The notes: a model not told the origin generated them from the sequence alone. Positions 27,363-39,583 are shown, numbered from the whole stretch's first letter. The stretch: DNA of 63,733 nucleotides, filler included, from Craspedostauros australis (GCA_030167865.1; 16 parts of 16 records of this genome joined end to end with filler, not necessarily neighbours in it), one strand, 5' to 3'. Made by a program: numbers and translations.

Positions 27363-28026
27363 ATGAGCGACATTCCACAGCCGACGGATGAAGATCGTAA
27401 ATATCTTGAAGGCCGTGGTTGGGGTTGGTACGGGGAGCATTTCTGGGTCAACATGTCGAACTTGGGAGAGGTCTCCTACGCGCAAACACATCTGGAGGGC
27501 TGTCCCCAATACATTTTGACACAGGTGCGCAAGGGCCACGACGCTCCACAACTGTACAAGGATGTTGAGAACTACGACCATAAGAAGGACGAGGATACCT
27601 CGGTGGCAAAGTGGCTCTTGGCCTTCCTTCGTGTCAATAAAGCAATCCCCGAGCAAATCGTCTCCGTTGCGCGGAACCCCAACGGCGATAGCAAACTCAT
27701 CGATCCCGCTGAGCCGCGCCAATCAATTCTCAAGATGTTGTCGAAGATCCGCGGTAATCAAATCGATGACTTTCGCGGTCTGAAATACACCTCGGAAAGC
27801 AACACCCCAGATGGTACTGGCTACGCACACTACATCGGCAAGCCCAGCTTTCGACATGGAGGACTCAACCAAGAGAGTCCTCCAACCGTCTTCGTCCAAA
27901 AACACGCTGTACCAGCCACCACAACGGACAATCGGGTTCATGTGTACTACCAGGAAAGCGGTAGCGGGAAAACCGTGGAGCTCGCGGCGAGCGCATACAC
28001 CAGAAACGCTCTTTTCACCATCGTGA
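27363..28026 (+). CDS. P-loop NTPase-containing protein, 5' part, copy 1
   Basis: Open to the gap; Walker-A-like VHVYYQESGSGKT. Confidence 0.6.
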
Positions 28027-28870
28027 NNNNNNNNNNNNNNNNNNNNNNNNNNNNNNNNNNNNNNNNNNNNTTAATTAATTAANNNNNNNNNNNNNNNNNN
28101 NNNNNNNNNNNNNNNNNNNNNNNNNNATCTGTAGCCAATAATCGCCAATTTTTTGGGTCTGTTCGTACGGCACCAGAAATGTTCAGTCTCTACCCACACA
28201 GACGGACAAAGGCCAGACTGTGACACACATGACCTCAAAACTTGTTTTGGCGCCATTCGAAACGGTCATCGTCGTGTGTCAATTTCTGTCCACATCAAAG
28301 CACTCCAAAACCCCAAATCCACGATGTCAAAAATGGACAAGGGATTGCCACCACCATCACAACAAGTAGGGAAGATACCGCTGAAGAAGGAGACAGCGCA
28401 ACAAAACCTGAGTGTTCTCTTAGCCTGATCTGTGCGGTCAGCACAACACAGAGAAGTACAAACAGATTCGAACAGACATGAAGTTGAGGAGACCAAGAAC
28501 AACAAGCTGTTGGTGTGAGCGTGCCTGTCAAACACTCTCTCGAGACTTTCCTCGCTCCACACTCGCAAACACATCCAAGAGAGCACAGCCATCATAATCA
28601 TCATCATAATCAACAACATCGACGTCGACATACTCACAACAATCAATCATCAAAATCAGCCACACCTTCAAAGCTGAACGGAGCCTGACTGGAGTCCTCA
28701 CGAAGGCAGAACAAGACAAGACAAGACAGGACAAGGTGAGCAGAATCAAACATTGTTGTTGCTATCGATGACATCAACAACTACAACAACACTCACACCA
28801 GAACCCCACTTCTTCTTGCTATCACCTCTTCGCCTCCAATCACTTTCACCGAACGGGTATCAACAGCAAG

Positions 28871-29534
28871 ATGAGCGACATTCCACAGCCGACGGATGAA
28901 GATCGTAAATTCATTGAAGGCCGTGGTTGGGGTCGGTACAGGGAGCATTTCTGGGTCAACATGTCGAACTTGGGAGAGGTCTCCTACGCGCAAACACATG
29001 TGGAGGGCTGTCCCCAATACATTTTGACACAGGTGCGCAAGGGCCACGACGCTCCACAACTGTACAAGGATGTTGAGAACTACGACCATAAGAAGGACGA
29101 GGATACCTCGGTGGCAAAGTGGCTCTTGGCCTTCCTTCGTGTCAATAAAGCAATCCCCGAGCAAATCGTCTCCGTTGCGCGGAACCCCAACGGCGATAGC
29201 AAACTCATCGATCCCGCTGAGCCGCGCCAATCAATTCTCAAGATGTTGTCGAAGATCCGCGGTAATCAAATCGATGACTTTCGCGGTCTGAAATACACCT
29301 CGGAAAGCAACACCCCAGATGGTACTGGCTACGCACACTACATCGGCAAGCCCAGCTTTCGACATGGAGGACTCAACCAAGAGAGTCCTCCAACCGTCTT
29401 CGTCCAAAAACACGCTGTACCAGCCACCACAACGGACAATCGGGTTCATGTGTACTACCAGGAAAGCGGTAGCGGGAAAACCGTGGAGCTCGCGGCGAGC
29501 GCATACACCAGAAACGCTCTTTTCACCATCGTGA
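28871..29534 (+). CDS. P-loop NTPase-containing protein, 5' part, copy 2
   Basis: Near-identical to copy 1 and truncated at the same base. Confidence 0.6.
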
Positions 29535-30114
29535 NNNNNNNNNNNNNNNNNNNNNNNNNNNNNNNNNNNNNNNNNNNNTTAATTAATTAANNNNNNNNNN
29601 NNNNNNNNNNNNNNNNNNNNNNNNNNNNNNNNNNATCTCGTTTTCCTCTCCAACCTTCAACCAAAACAATCTCATAAAAACAACAATCTTACAAAACTCA
29701 AGCTTTACAACCACCAAACCAACTCAAAACACATTCTCAATCGTCTTATCTACGTTCGTGGTCACACTACGTTTAACCGCGCTGACGTTGGCAGTTTCAC
29801 TTCCCCTTTTGACCTGCCAAAGTCCGACACTGGAAGGCAAAGCCGGACACAACCGGACTTCTTTTGCCCTCTATTCTCGCTATTCTATTACAATTTCGGA
29901 GTCACGTTTTCTGGTTCGAACAAATTATCCAAGTATATGTCTGCTTTGCGTCCGTGGATGAACGAAGATCCACCACATCAACAAAACAGTGCCGGACAAC
30001 GATCCGCCTGACGACCGCAATCTCCACCATGTCGCAACTCCGCAAACTGTGTCCGGAATCCATGAACCGCTGCATACATCACACAATACGAGTACATATA
30101 ATAGATAACGAACC

Positions 30115-30837
30115 ATGAATCCAATAGGCTTCCCCTCAGCGGTCACCATGATATGTTCACGATCCAACCTTGTTCGAAGTGGTCGCTGCATTCGCAGTCG
30201 CAAGGGACTGTCATTCTCGAGCAACGCCACGTCCGACAAAGACGCGCAACGCAAGATCCTTCTGCAGCAAGCCGGTTACATGACGCGCACACTGTACCGC
30301 CTCTGCATGAAATCGACGCACGTCATTCGTTGGGGCAACGAGTTCGACGAGATGGAATTCCAAAAGCGCGAGGAAGAATTCTCGAATCCGACGCCTGGTG
30401 GATCCATGTCGATGGCACCGCCGCCCAACCGCGAGGATGAATTGCGTTCGCGGACCGAGTACTACCAATCGTACGCGCGAGAATGCTTCTCGCAGGAAAG
30501 CGACGCGTTGGATAACGATCCGTTGCGCGAAAAGGATGTGCGGCGATATCTGTACTACCTGCGCAAGGCCGAGAAGGACCGCAAGTGGCTGTTGGGCGAC
30601 ATGATGTTTGCGGATCCGTACAAGGAGCGATTTGATATGCAGCAGATTGATGACTGGGAAGCGTTGGCGTACAAGTACCTTGGGAAGGACGGCGAAGAGG
30701 ATGCCGCGAGGAAGAAGAAGGAAATGGAGGAAGCGAAACGCAAGGAGGCCCTGCGCGTCAAGAATGACAGTTTCTTCGATGACGATGAAGAGGAAGATCC
30801 CGATTGGTTGAAGCAAAAGTATCCCAATTTGAGATAG
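30115..30837 (+). CDS. Hypothetical protein with LYR-like motif, possibly mitochondrial
   Basis: Arg/Ser-rich N-terminus, RTLYRLCMK, coding-like composition. Confidence 0.7.
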   Translation: MNPIGFPSAVTMICSRSNLVRSGRCIRSRKGLSFSSNATSDKDAQRKILLQQAGYMTRTLYRLCMKSTHVIRWGNEFDEMEFQKREEEFSNPTPGGSMSMAPPPNREDELRSRTEYYQSYARECFSQESDALDNDPLREKDVRRYLYYLRKAEKDRKWLLGDMMFADPYKERFDMQQIDDWEALAYKYLGKDGEEDAARKKKEMEEAKRKEALRVKNDSFFDDDEEEDPDWLKQKYPNLR

Positions 30838-31391
30838 AGCACTCTCTAGAGACTGGAGTGGATTCATCGTGGACTGTGTACGTGCTTCCTGAACCATGGT
30901 TCATCAGGTCGAAAGAAAGAGAAGAAGGGATCTGGTTTGATCTCCATGCGGTTGCTGTGGTTTCATTCCCTTTGGCTTCGATTTTTCTCATGCACGAGCA
31001 TAACAATTTATAGTATGTTATAGAATACATAGTATCATACTAGGATACATATCATACGTACCGACGATGCCTTCTTTCGCTGACATCGCGCAGAGTTGGA
31101 CGATTGGAGTATTAGTATTCTGGAGTATAGTAGAATCTCTCTCTCTCCCCCGTCGGCGGGGAGGCAACGCTCTGTGTGGTTTGGGCTGGCTGCGAAGAAA
31201 CGATGCCGCGAGTTGGAGATGGGCGAAACGGACAGACATACAGACGACACCAACACACAACCACCACAGTGTATGTGGCGGCCGCCCAAAACCGATCTTT
31301 AATCGCGATACCTAAATCGTTTGCCTCTCACAATGGATTGTTCCCACAAACATAGAAAGAAGCCATTCACCAAACACACCATCGCGCAACC

Positions 31392-32809
31392 ATGTCTGAA
31401 GAGGCCACGATCGACAAGGATGCCATGGTGGAGGAGTTCCTCGTGGAGGCTCGTGCCATGAAGATCTCGGAACTCAAGCTGAAATTGATGGCGATGGGGA
31501 CGTTGATGACAGGATTCTGCGAAAAGGAAGAATTCATTCAAGCATACGCCGCAGCGCAAATGGAAAAGGTTATGCAAGACGATGACGATGACATGGATGA
31601 CATGGATGACAACGAAGAGGAGGAACTCAATGCCGCATTGGCGGCCGCCGCGGTGAGTGGTGATCCGATGGACGATCTTCCACCGGCCGTGATGGCCCGC
31701 ATTGCCAAGCTCAAAGAGTTCGAGGCGGAACGCACGCGCATCGTCGAAGAATACCGCAAGGAACGTGCGCAGTTGGAACAGAAGTACCAAGGATTGTACC
31801 AACCGCTGTATGACAAACGACAGCAAGTTGTACACGGCGACATGGACGTCGCGATGGATGCGGCAGACAAAGACGACGACGAAGAAGACGACGAAGACAT
31901 GGTTGGCGTGCCGCATTTTTGGTTGGGCGCGCTGTCCAACATGGGTCCCATGGCCGAAACGATGGGCGAAGGCGACATCGAACTCTTGGAACAACTGCAA
32001 AATATCGAATGTGACGACCACGCGGAGGGCACGGGATTCACATTGAAATTCACATTCGCTCCCAACGAATACATGACGAACACGGTGCTGACGAAGCAGT
32101 ACGAAGTCCCCAATCTGCTGTCGGCCGATGAACCGATTCTCAAATCCGTCAAGGGATGTGAGATCGAATGGAAATCGCCGGAGAAATGCGTCACGTATAC
32201 CATCACGACGAAGCAGCAACGCGGCAAAGGCAAGAATGCCGGGCAGATTCGGACCGTGCAGAAGAAGGAGAAGGTAGATTCCTTCTTCCACTTCTTCACG
32301 CCGCCGAAGATGCCGAGTTTGGAAGACATGGATGAGGAACAGGCGCAGATGTTGGAAATGGCGTTCAACCAAGATTACGAGCAGGCGACATCGATTCGAT
32401 CGCAGCTCATTCCGAAGGCCGTCTTGTGGTACACCGGCGAGGTGAGTCGATACTATGCGCGTCTGCACTTTTGTATGCGTGTACTTGTGTTGCTGGTGGG
32501 CTTTCCGCTCCATTCCATGGCGACAGCGATGGCGATGGCGCAGGTCATATTCGTACATGATGAAGGCATGCATGGCACAGGCAAGTGTTCTTGCGTAGAG
32601 TACGCATCAGTCGTCGTAACTACCCGAAGACTCACACCTCACTCAAAATAACTGTCCCAACACTCCCTCACCCACTCAACTCGATTGATGTCCGCCAGGC
32701 CATGGATCAAGAAATGCAGAAAGCGCTGAAGGACATGCAGAACATGCAATGGCCTGGCGGCAAGAATGATGGCTCCGATGAGGCCAACCCAGAATGCAAC
32801 CAGCAGTAG
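31392..32809 (+). CDS. NAP1: Nucleosome assembly protein 1; exons 31392-32441 and 32699-32809
   Basis: LYQPLYDKR, GVPHFWL, GCEIEWK, DSFFHFFTPP, LIPKAVLWYTGE; GT..AG intron in phase 0; C-terminal CNQQ CaaX-like motif. Confidence 0.95.
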
Positions 32810-32931
32810 TGCAAACATGTACGATCATTTGTGCTCTGTTGCAGAGTGCGGCACAAGCGCAGAATAGTATTATAGAATGGTATAATAGCACTCGATGGTG
32901 TATGACTTTCACAATCACTGACATGTCGCCA

Positions 32932-33474
32932 TCACTGCCCCTTCTGATCATCATCATCGCCACCGCCCTTGGCCCCTTCCTCCACCATAACGCGCCGCTG
33001 CTGCCCATCCTTCCATTCCACATTCTCCTTCCACACGCTGTCGCTGCCTTCGTACACTTCGCGTTTCCAAATCGGCACGCGCGCCTTGAGTTCATCGATG
33101 AGATATTCCACTGCGTGAAGCGCATCGCGCCGATGCGCGCTCGATGCCGCCAGGATGACGCTGGCCTTGCCGACGGGACAGTCGCCCAGCACATGCACGG
33201 TGGCGATCTTGCAGATGCTTGGGTACTTGGCGACTGTGTCGTGGCACAGCTTGCGCAGTTCCTTCTCGGCCATGGGCACGTATCCCTCGTACGACAGCTT
33301 GGTGACGATCTTGTTGTGGAACGAATCGCGCGTGGTGCCGATGAAGCTGGAGATCGCGCCGCAGGAGGGATCCGCAACGAAGTCGCAGCATTCTTCGACG
33401 GTGGGCAGGTCCTCGCTCACTTTGATCCAGAAGCGGTCGGTGTCGCTGCTGTTGATGGCCGTGCTGGTGGCCAT
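32932..33474 (-). CDS. MOCS2B: Molybdopterin synthase catalytic subunit (MoaE family)
   Basis: CGAISSFIGTTRD, LSYEGYVPMA, SSAHRRDA, IDELKARVPIWKREVY. Confidence 0.95.
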   Translation of the reverse strand: MATSTAINSSDTDRFWIKVSEDLPTVEECCDFVADPSCGAISSFIGTTRDSFHNKIVTKLSYEGYVPMAEKELRKLCHDTVAKYPSICKIATVHVLGDCPVGKASVILAASSAHRRDALHAVEYLIDELKARVPIWKREVYEGSDSVWKENVEWKDGQQRRVMVEEGAKGGGDDDDQKGQ

Positions 33475-33875
33475 GATGGATGCGATTATGGCGATAACAG
33501 CAGCGATTTGACAACTGGGTGGTCAGGCGAAGAAGTATTATAATACCTGTCAAGATTATGCTGCGATGCAATTGTGGCGGTATCAGGACAAGCATCAAGG
33601 AAGGAACGAAGCGAAGAAGCGGCGGCGCGACGAAGCCTTGCTCCGCATTGCCTCCGACATGCAGTCCTGTTTCCATCAATTTCAGTCACGAGTGATGTGA
33701 TGTGAGATCTTTGACGTGTTTCCTCGACATCCAATGCTCCCTGTTGTCACCACAATGATCGCTCTCATCAACACCATTACAATACGACAATATCACCATT
33801 TTTGTTTCGATCTCCATTTCTCATCTGTACTATGAGCTGCCACCATTCACAGCACAGCCTCCCCCTGTTGCAGCA

Positions 33876-34883
33876 ATGCCCACTTCTCCGAATGGACGCT
33901 GGCAAAGGTCTTGCCTCTGGTACTCGTACTGTCTCATCATTGTTGCTTCCCTCGTGCACATCGAAGCCCAACAGAATCATTCGGAATTGGAAGTGACGCT
34001 CGTGAAGATCGGAGGATCGTCGATCACCCACAAGGCAATCCACGAGCAGTACAATGCGACCGCAGTGACATGGTTCATCGATTCAATTGCCAATCTCATT
34101 GACGAGTCCTTCGTTGCGCCAACCCACCATCGACAATGCACCGCCGATCCTCAGCGTGCGTCTTGCGATGCCAACAGTCCAAAAAGGAGAGCCTTCGTCG
34201 TCATTCACGGTGCCGGATCGTTTGGCCATTTTGAGGCCAAGAAGTACGGCTTGTCTTCCAAACCGTCGCCCAACACAATATCTACGTCACGCCAACAGAT
34301 GCATGGCTTCGCCGATACACGACGATCGGTGACCAAACTCAATCATCACATCGTCACCCAATTCATTCAACGTGGCAACATGAATGCGGTTGGGGTCACA
34401 CCGTGTTCCTCGTCGTCATTAGCAAACGACTTGCAATCGACGATAGTTTGGTACTTGAAAAATGGAATGATCCCCATCCTGCACGGCGATGTGTGCTTCC
34501 AAGACAGCAGCCCAATCATTGTTTCGGGCGACACCCTGATGGAACAGCTGAGCGTCGCTTGGCAGTCCACGAGCCTGCGCAACATTGTCTTCCTCACGGA
34601 CGTGGACGGCGTCTACGACAAAGATCCGAATCAATACGACGACGCCGAACTGCTGCGCCACGTCGGTGCCACATATTCTGGTGTGGATGCATCCGGTTCG
34701 CAGCATGCGCATGACGTGACAGGCGGGTTGGAGCTGAAACTAAAATCGGCGCGCACCATCGTGCGGGAATCTCACACCAATGTCACGATCGTGCGGTGTG
34801 GGACGCACAGTGCGCAGCAGGCGTTGGGAGGGCGACAAGATGTCGATGTGGGGACGGTCATTTATTCGGAAGCGACGGTGTAA
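33876..34883 (+). CDS. IPK: Isopentenyl phosphate kinase (amino-acid-kinase family)
   Basis: VKIGGSSITHK, IHGAGSFGH, PILHGD, IVSGD, FLTDVDGVY, HDVTGG..LK. Confidence 0.88.
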   Translation: MPTSPNGRWQRSCLWYSYCLIIVASLVHIEAQQNHSELEVTLVKIGGSSITHKAIHEQYNATAVTWFIDSIANLIDESFVAPTHHRQCTADPQRASCDANSPKRRAFVVIHGAGSFGHFEAKKYGLSSKPSPNTISTSRQQMHGFADTRRSVTKLNHHIVTQFIQRGNMNAVGVTPCSSSSLANDLQSTIVWYLKNGMIPILHGDVCFQDSSPIIVSGDTLMEQLSVAWQSTSLRNIVFLTDVDGVYDKDPNQYDDAELLRHVGATYSGVDASGSQHAHDVTGGLELKLKSARTIVRESHTNVTIVRCGTHSAQQALGGRQDVDVGTVIYSEATV

Positions 34884-35097
34884 CGATGACAGCGATAGCA
34901 ACGTATTATACCATGAAGTGCCGTGTGCCTGTTGGACATGGTCCGCACAAGCATGTACGTATGACAGGCAATGCCAAAGGCAGAGCGAAGTCGATTTTGA
35001 TGGTGCCGCACTTAATAAATCTTACGAATATAAAATACTAGAGATTGGCGCTGCGCGATACAAGCCAACCCATTCACCAACTCAACTCAACTTTGTT

Positions 35098-36483
35098 CTA
35101 CACAAACTCCGAATCCTGCGACGAATCGTATCCAAGATCCGTGATCAGCTTCTTCAGAGCACCCTGCAAATCTGCGTCGGCAAAGGCTTCAACAGTGGCC
35201 AATTCCAGCAGCGGTTCCTTCGATTTTTGTTGCTGCTGCTTGCGCCATTGCTGCATGGCGTTGGCAAACTTGTGCGAATCCGTCGCGTCGCCGCGTTCCT
35301 CGCACACGCCTTGCGCCTTCGTTGCGAGCTTGTCATCGACGGCCGTGGGATCCAAGAATCCAGCTTCCGTGGCAATCTGACATGGCGAAACATGCTCGAG
35401 CTGAAACATGGCGTGTACCATGCCCAACTCGCGCGCATTGAGCAGGGTGTTATGAAAGTGCACGACGTACCACGCCATCGTGTCCAAGCAGGACAGATCC
35501 GGGGACATCGCAAACCACGACTGCGTCAACGACGCGAACGATTGCGCCATGGCATCGTCGTGACAAATCGTCGTGTGCAGCTGTTCGATGGATCGCAGCG
35601 GATGTCGCACCTGATGCAGGACGCGCACGAACGGAACGGTGCACTGCACGTCAAAGTCCGAATCGAACACGACGTCCTTCGATGCGGTAGTCAGCTCTTC
35701 CCACGCGCATCCCAGATCGTTGCTGATGAGCTTGGCGCATTTCAGGGCCCAGCAATTGGACCATTGCGTTTGATGCGGCAGCGGGATGCCCAGCATCGAC
35801 GGCGCGCTGCAGCCGTCGTGGTCGTACTGCTGCGGATGGAAGTGCTGGATGAAGTCTGCCGTGCGGTTGAGGCACATGCTGTGTATCAATTGTGAGGCGC
35901 GCTTGTTCTTGTTGCTGTCGAGGAAGCGCATGAATTGGAACCACGATGTGCTGCCGTCGCGGCTGTAGTAGTTCTGCGTGTCGAAGATTTCGTGGCCGAT
36001 CTCGAGTTCGAGGTACTTCGTCAATCCCGTGGCCACCAATCGGTTGTCCGTGATGTCCGGGCCCAGAATGAGGACCTGTCGCGGATCCTGCAGAGGATGC
36101 GAGGGACGCAGGTTCACCTGACCGAACGTGACCGATGACACGAGTTCAGGCGTCTTCAGCGAGACATGATAGACGCCTTGGTACAGACAGTACGGAAGGA
36201 GGAAGATGGGCGCGAGCCGCACAAGCGGATGCGAGAAGAACACGCTCGACAGCGTCTCATCCTGCGCTTCCTCGTTCTTCGGCTGCTGCTGCTGTTCGGT
36301 CTTGTTCTGCTTGCTACTATCTTTGTTGTCTCTGTTGTCTTTGTTGTCTTTGTTGCCCTTGGGAGCATCTGTCGCTTGCTTCTGCTTCTTCTTGCTGTTG
36401 CCCTTCTTCTTCTTGTTGTTGCCGCCATCCGCAACGGCGCCTTTCTTGCGCTGGCGCAAGGTGCCCTGCTTGTCTTCCGCCAT
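35098..36483 (-). CDS. Membrane-anchored sulfotransferase-like protein
   Basis: TM segment, LEIGHE, DGSTSW, VLHQVRHPLRSI (3'-PSB-like); the 5'-PSB loop is degenerate. Confidence 0.55.
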   Translation of the reverse strand: MAEDKQGTLRQRKKGAVADGGNNKKKKGNSKKKQKQATDAPKGNKDNKDNRDNKDSSKQNKTEQQQQPKNEEAQDETLSSVFFSHPLVRLAPIFLLPYCLYQGVYHVSLKTPELVSSVTFGQVNLRPSHPLQDPRQVLILGPDITDNRLVATGLTKYLELEIGHEIFDTQNYYSRDGSTSWFQFMRFLDSNKNKRASQLIHSMCLNRTADFIQHFHPQQYDHDGCSAPSMLGIPLPHQTQWSNCWALKCAKLISNDLGCAWEELTTASKDVVFDSDFDVQCTVPFVRVLHQVRHPLRSIEQLHTTICHDDAMAQSFASLTQSWFAMSPDLSCLDTMAWYVVHFHNTLLNARELGMVHAMFQLEHVSPCQIATEAGFLDPTAVDDKLATKAQGVCEERGDATDSHKFANAMQQWRKQQQQKSKEPLLELATVEAFADADLQGALKKLITDLGYDSSQDSEFV

Positions 36484-37220
36484 GGTTGCCAAAGTGTGGT
36501 GATGTGCAAATAGAGTATCTCAGAGTCAAGTCGAGTACTAGAAGTGTTATTGTGGATGTCTGTTGGCTGTGATTGTGAAAGTGATTGTGCTGATTGTGAT
36601 TGTCGTTGCTGAATTGGATTGTTTTTTGTCCTTCTTGCTTGTGAAAAGATCTTGTTTGATGAGTCGTGTGTTCTCGACACAATTCTCGCCAACTCTGGCG
36701 ATCACTCGGATTCGATCGACCAACACGGAACTCTCCGTGCTCAAGAGGATGTACGTAGATTGTGCACGCAAGTGTAGAGCATCATTCCTTCCCTCACAAG
36801 TTCTCTCTACAGAGAGTGAACGAGCTTTCGCTTGTTTCTCTGGTAACACGAGTACCTTGACGGGTCAGCTAAAGCACTTTGCTGGCAGGAATGCCCAACC
36901 GCACCCCAATACGAAGCTCGATGCCTGCATGCGCCGCATCTGGTTCCATCACTGACAGACAGCAGGATTTGGAGTGGGCGCTTCTCCGATCACAGCATCA
37001 CTCGTTCGACGGGATTTGCTCCATGATGAGCACTCCAGACATGCTGCTGCGTTGAGTCCGACGCGTTTGCAGCATGCTTCATGATCCGTCCAATGATGCC
37101 ATTGGAAAAGCGCATTGTTGTCAATCTGCTTCTGCGAGGTGGTCGGCTAAGATGATGCCAACAGCATTTTGGCGATACGTGTTCAGTGATATCCCGAACG
37201 TTTCATGAAGAATGCTGCAT

Positions 37221-38522
37221 TCATCGCACAACCCTCCACGGAAATCGCAAGTACCGATTCGACCAGCATCCTGTGCCCGACTTATCCTTCATCTTTTTGT
37301 GATTGGCTTTGCCATCCTTGACCGCCTTTGGCAATTGCGCACGCGCGTCAATACATTGCTGCGACAGTTCGGTACCCAAAATGTTGGCGTCGCACGCATC
37401 CATATCGAATTCATGAATGAGGGCGTTCTTGCCATGATCGATCATCTCATGCCGTTTCTTCCAGCGATACCAAAAGTGGACATCGGTGAAACCGTAGTTG
37501 CCGACAAAATCCTCGTCGCAACCGCCGGATTGCCAGTAGGCGGACGCATCGAGCAGCGACACGGCGGGGTGTTTGGAGATGCTGCCGTCCATGCGCTTGC
37601 GGCTGAAACGATGGGCGATGGCCGTTGAGGGATCCGCGTGCGCCGTTGTATTCCACGTCATGACTTGCTCGAGAGTGGTGTAAGGAATGAGGATATCCAA
37701 ATCATTGAGAAGGACGCGACGCGTCTCGGTCAAATAAAATGCCAGATTGCGGGCACCGCCGATGTTCCATTTCTTGTCCTTCGTGATGTGGGCGATACGG
37801 ATTGGAAAGTCGTCGCGTTGTTCGCGTGCGATGTACGTCTCGGCCGACAGCTGCTGCGGAGATCCGTCGTCGATGATGAGCAGCGTGATTTCGAACGATG
37901 GTGCATTCTCGTAGGTGCGGTACATTTCGCGCAGTTGGTGCAGGAGCGGCGCGGGCGAGGCGTAGTAGAGCAGGGCGATCGTCAATTTGCGTTTGGATGT
38001 ATCGCGGCGTGTCGTGGTGGACAACGTCGGGTGGTTGTCGGGGCATGAGAGCTGCTCTGCCGTTGTGTGGGTGATGGTCGGATTTCTTCCAACACAATCA
38101 GGTTTGTTGGCGTCGACATTGTCTCTGTCTGCTGCGGCTGTGGGCGGTGGCACGCTGTTCTCTGTTGCCCATGCCGGGTCAAGCCAGCATGCCTTGGCAT
38201 TGTACTGTTGTCCGATCTGAATATCGGGAACGAAGTCGTTCTGCGTCACACGATCGCTGCTGTCGCCCATCGATGACTTCCGCGAAGCCAACGACACCGT
38301 GACATCACCATGTTCAATATCAGATGACGCATCTGACTGATGAAGATTGATGAGATCTTGAAGGCCTTGCGCGTGAAGGGTGGCGCTGGAGGATATCTGG
38401 ATGTTGAAGAAGACGAATGCCGTGGAAACGATGAACCCCAACAGGAGAATCAACGAGAATGTCCACCTGACCCCCTTCCGTGCCTTGCCAACGCTGCTGC
38501 TGCTGCTGCTGATGACCACCAT
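37221..38522 (-). CDS. GT-A glycosyltransferase (GT2/GT7-C-like), type II membrane protein
   Basis: TM anchor, LIIDDGSP, WNIGGARNL, LLNDLD, GGCDEDFVGNYGFTD. Confidence 0.88.
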   Translation of the reverse strand: MVVISSSSSSVGKARKGVRWTFSLILLLGFIVSTAFVFFNIQISSSATLHAQGLQDLINLHQSDASSDIEHGDVTVSLASRKSSMGDSSDRVTQNDFVPDIQIGQQYNAKACWLDPAWATENSVPPPTAAADRDNVDANKPDCVGRNPTITHTTAEQLSCPDNHPTLSTTTRRDTSKRKLTIALLYYASPAPLLHQLREMYRTYENAPSFEITLLIIDDGSPQQLSAETYIAREQRDDFPIRIAHITKDKKWNIGGARNLAFYLTETRRVLLNDLDILIPYTTLEQVMTWNTTAHADPSTAIAHRFSRKRMDGSISKHPAVSLLDASAYWQSGGCDEDFVGNYGFTDVHFWYRWKKRHEMIDHGKNALIHEFDMDACDANILGTELSQQCIDARAQLPKAVKDGKANHKKMKDKSGTGCWSNRYLRFPWRVVR

Positions 38523-39583
38523 GGGTTTTGGATGCAGCGAACGAGGATGGTGCCTTCCGCAGTTGCCTCCCTATCGGGTATGGCACTCGTAACTGTACCT
38601 ATACTTGTGGGTCAAGTACGACCTATGTGTGGTGCTCGTTGGGTTGGCAACAGCGAAGATGAGAGGAGTGCGATTGCTTCGCTCTTTGGCGGATGGTAAC
38701 ACCACGCGTGCCTTGTGTGTTGTTGGTTTGTGATGGTCATTTGCGATCTTGGAATCGTGGGTTTTCGTGGTCGTGTTTGAATGGGCATCTTTGTGTCACG
38801 GGTGTTCCCTGTGATCGTGTCGTGAAGAATGAATCGAGACAGTCGAGACTTCACTGACAGAAGAAGCGTGTCTTTTGCGATAATTATACTTATGGTGTTG
38901 TGCACCGTCAGACGCTCACTTTTCATCGTCATTGACAAAAACTACGTGGCAGACATCCGGCAGCTTTTTGTTCCACAAATGGCAGAAATTATGCAAATCT
39001 GACGAAGAACAAACATGCCAAATGGTGCCAACACAGAAAGGGTTGGCACTTTGTCGTCGTCCATCCATTCATCACTGCTCGCAGCATTCAACAATGGTTC
39101 GTCTCTCTTGTCGTGTGCGTGTTTCGATGTCGTTCCTCGCGTTGTCTCGTTTTGAGTTGTCTCTTGCAATTGTTCCGTCGCGTGGTGTTGGCGATTCACG
39201 TTTCGAACGAATCAGACAGTATTGCAATTGCAACTGCAACAGAAACTGACTCTTCCGCCCCTCTCCACGCAAAAGCCGAAGAAGCAAAGCAAACGCAACA
39301 ACCTCTTGGACGGACGTCACTGAAGGCTTGGCACCAACAACAACAACAACACTGACGACGTGAACATCGAAAGACATCGGAATTTCCAGAAGCACACATT
39401 CTCACTTTCGTTCATCACACATTCTCATCTCACAACACAACACCATACGACACCAAACGACACAGAACGAATTGGACCGTCCACCCCCATTCTCCTCACA
39501 ACAAACTTAAGCACAACCAAATTGCAACCGAAAGACGAGCAAAGCAGACGTGAAGGAGACAGACTCAATCTGACGAGACAACC

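Noticed and set aside
33092..33734. Overlapping MOCS2A ORF as in the bicistronic animal MOCS2
   Set aside because: No upstream ORF with a MoaD-like C-terminal GG.
31299..35895. Long antisense ORFs over NAP1, MOCS2B and the sulfotransferase-like gene
   Set aside because: Shadow frames produced by the codon bias of the real genes.
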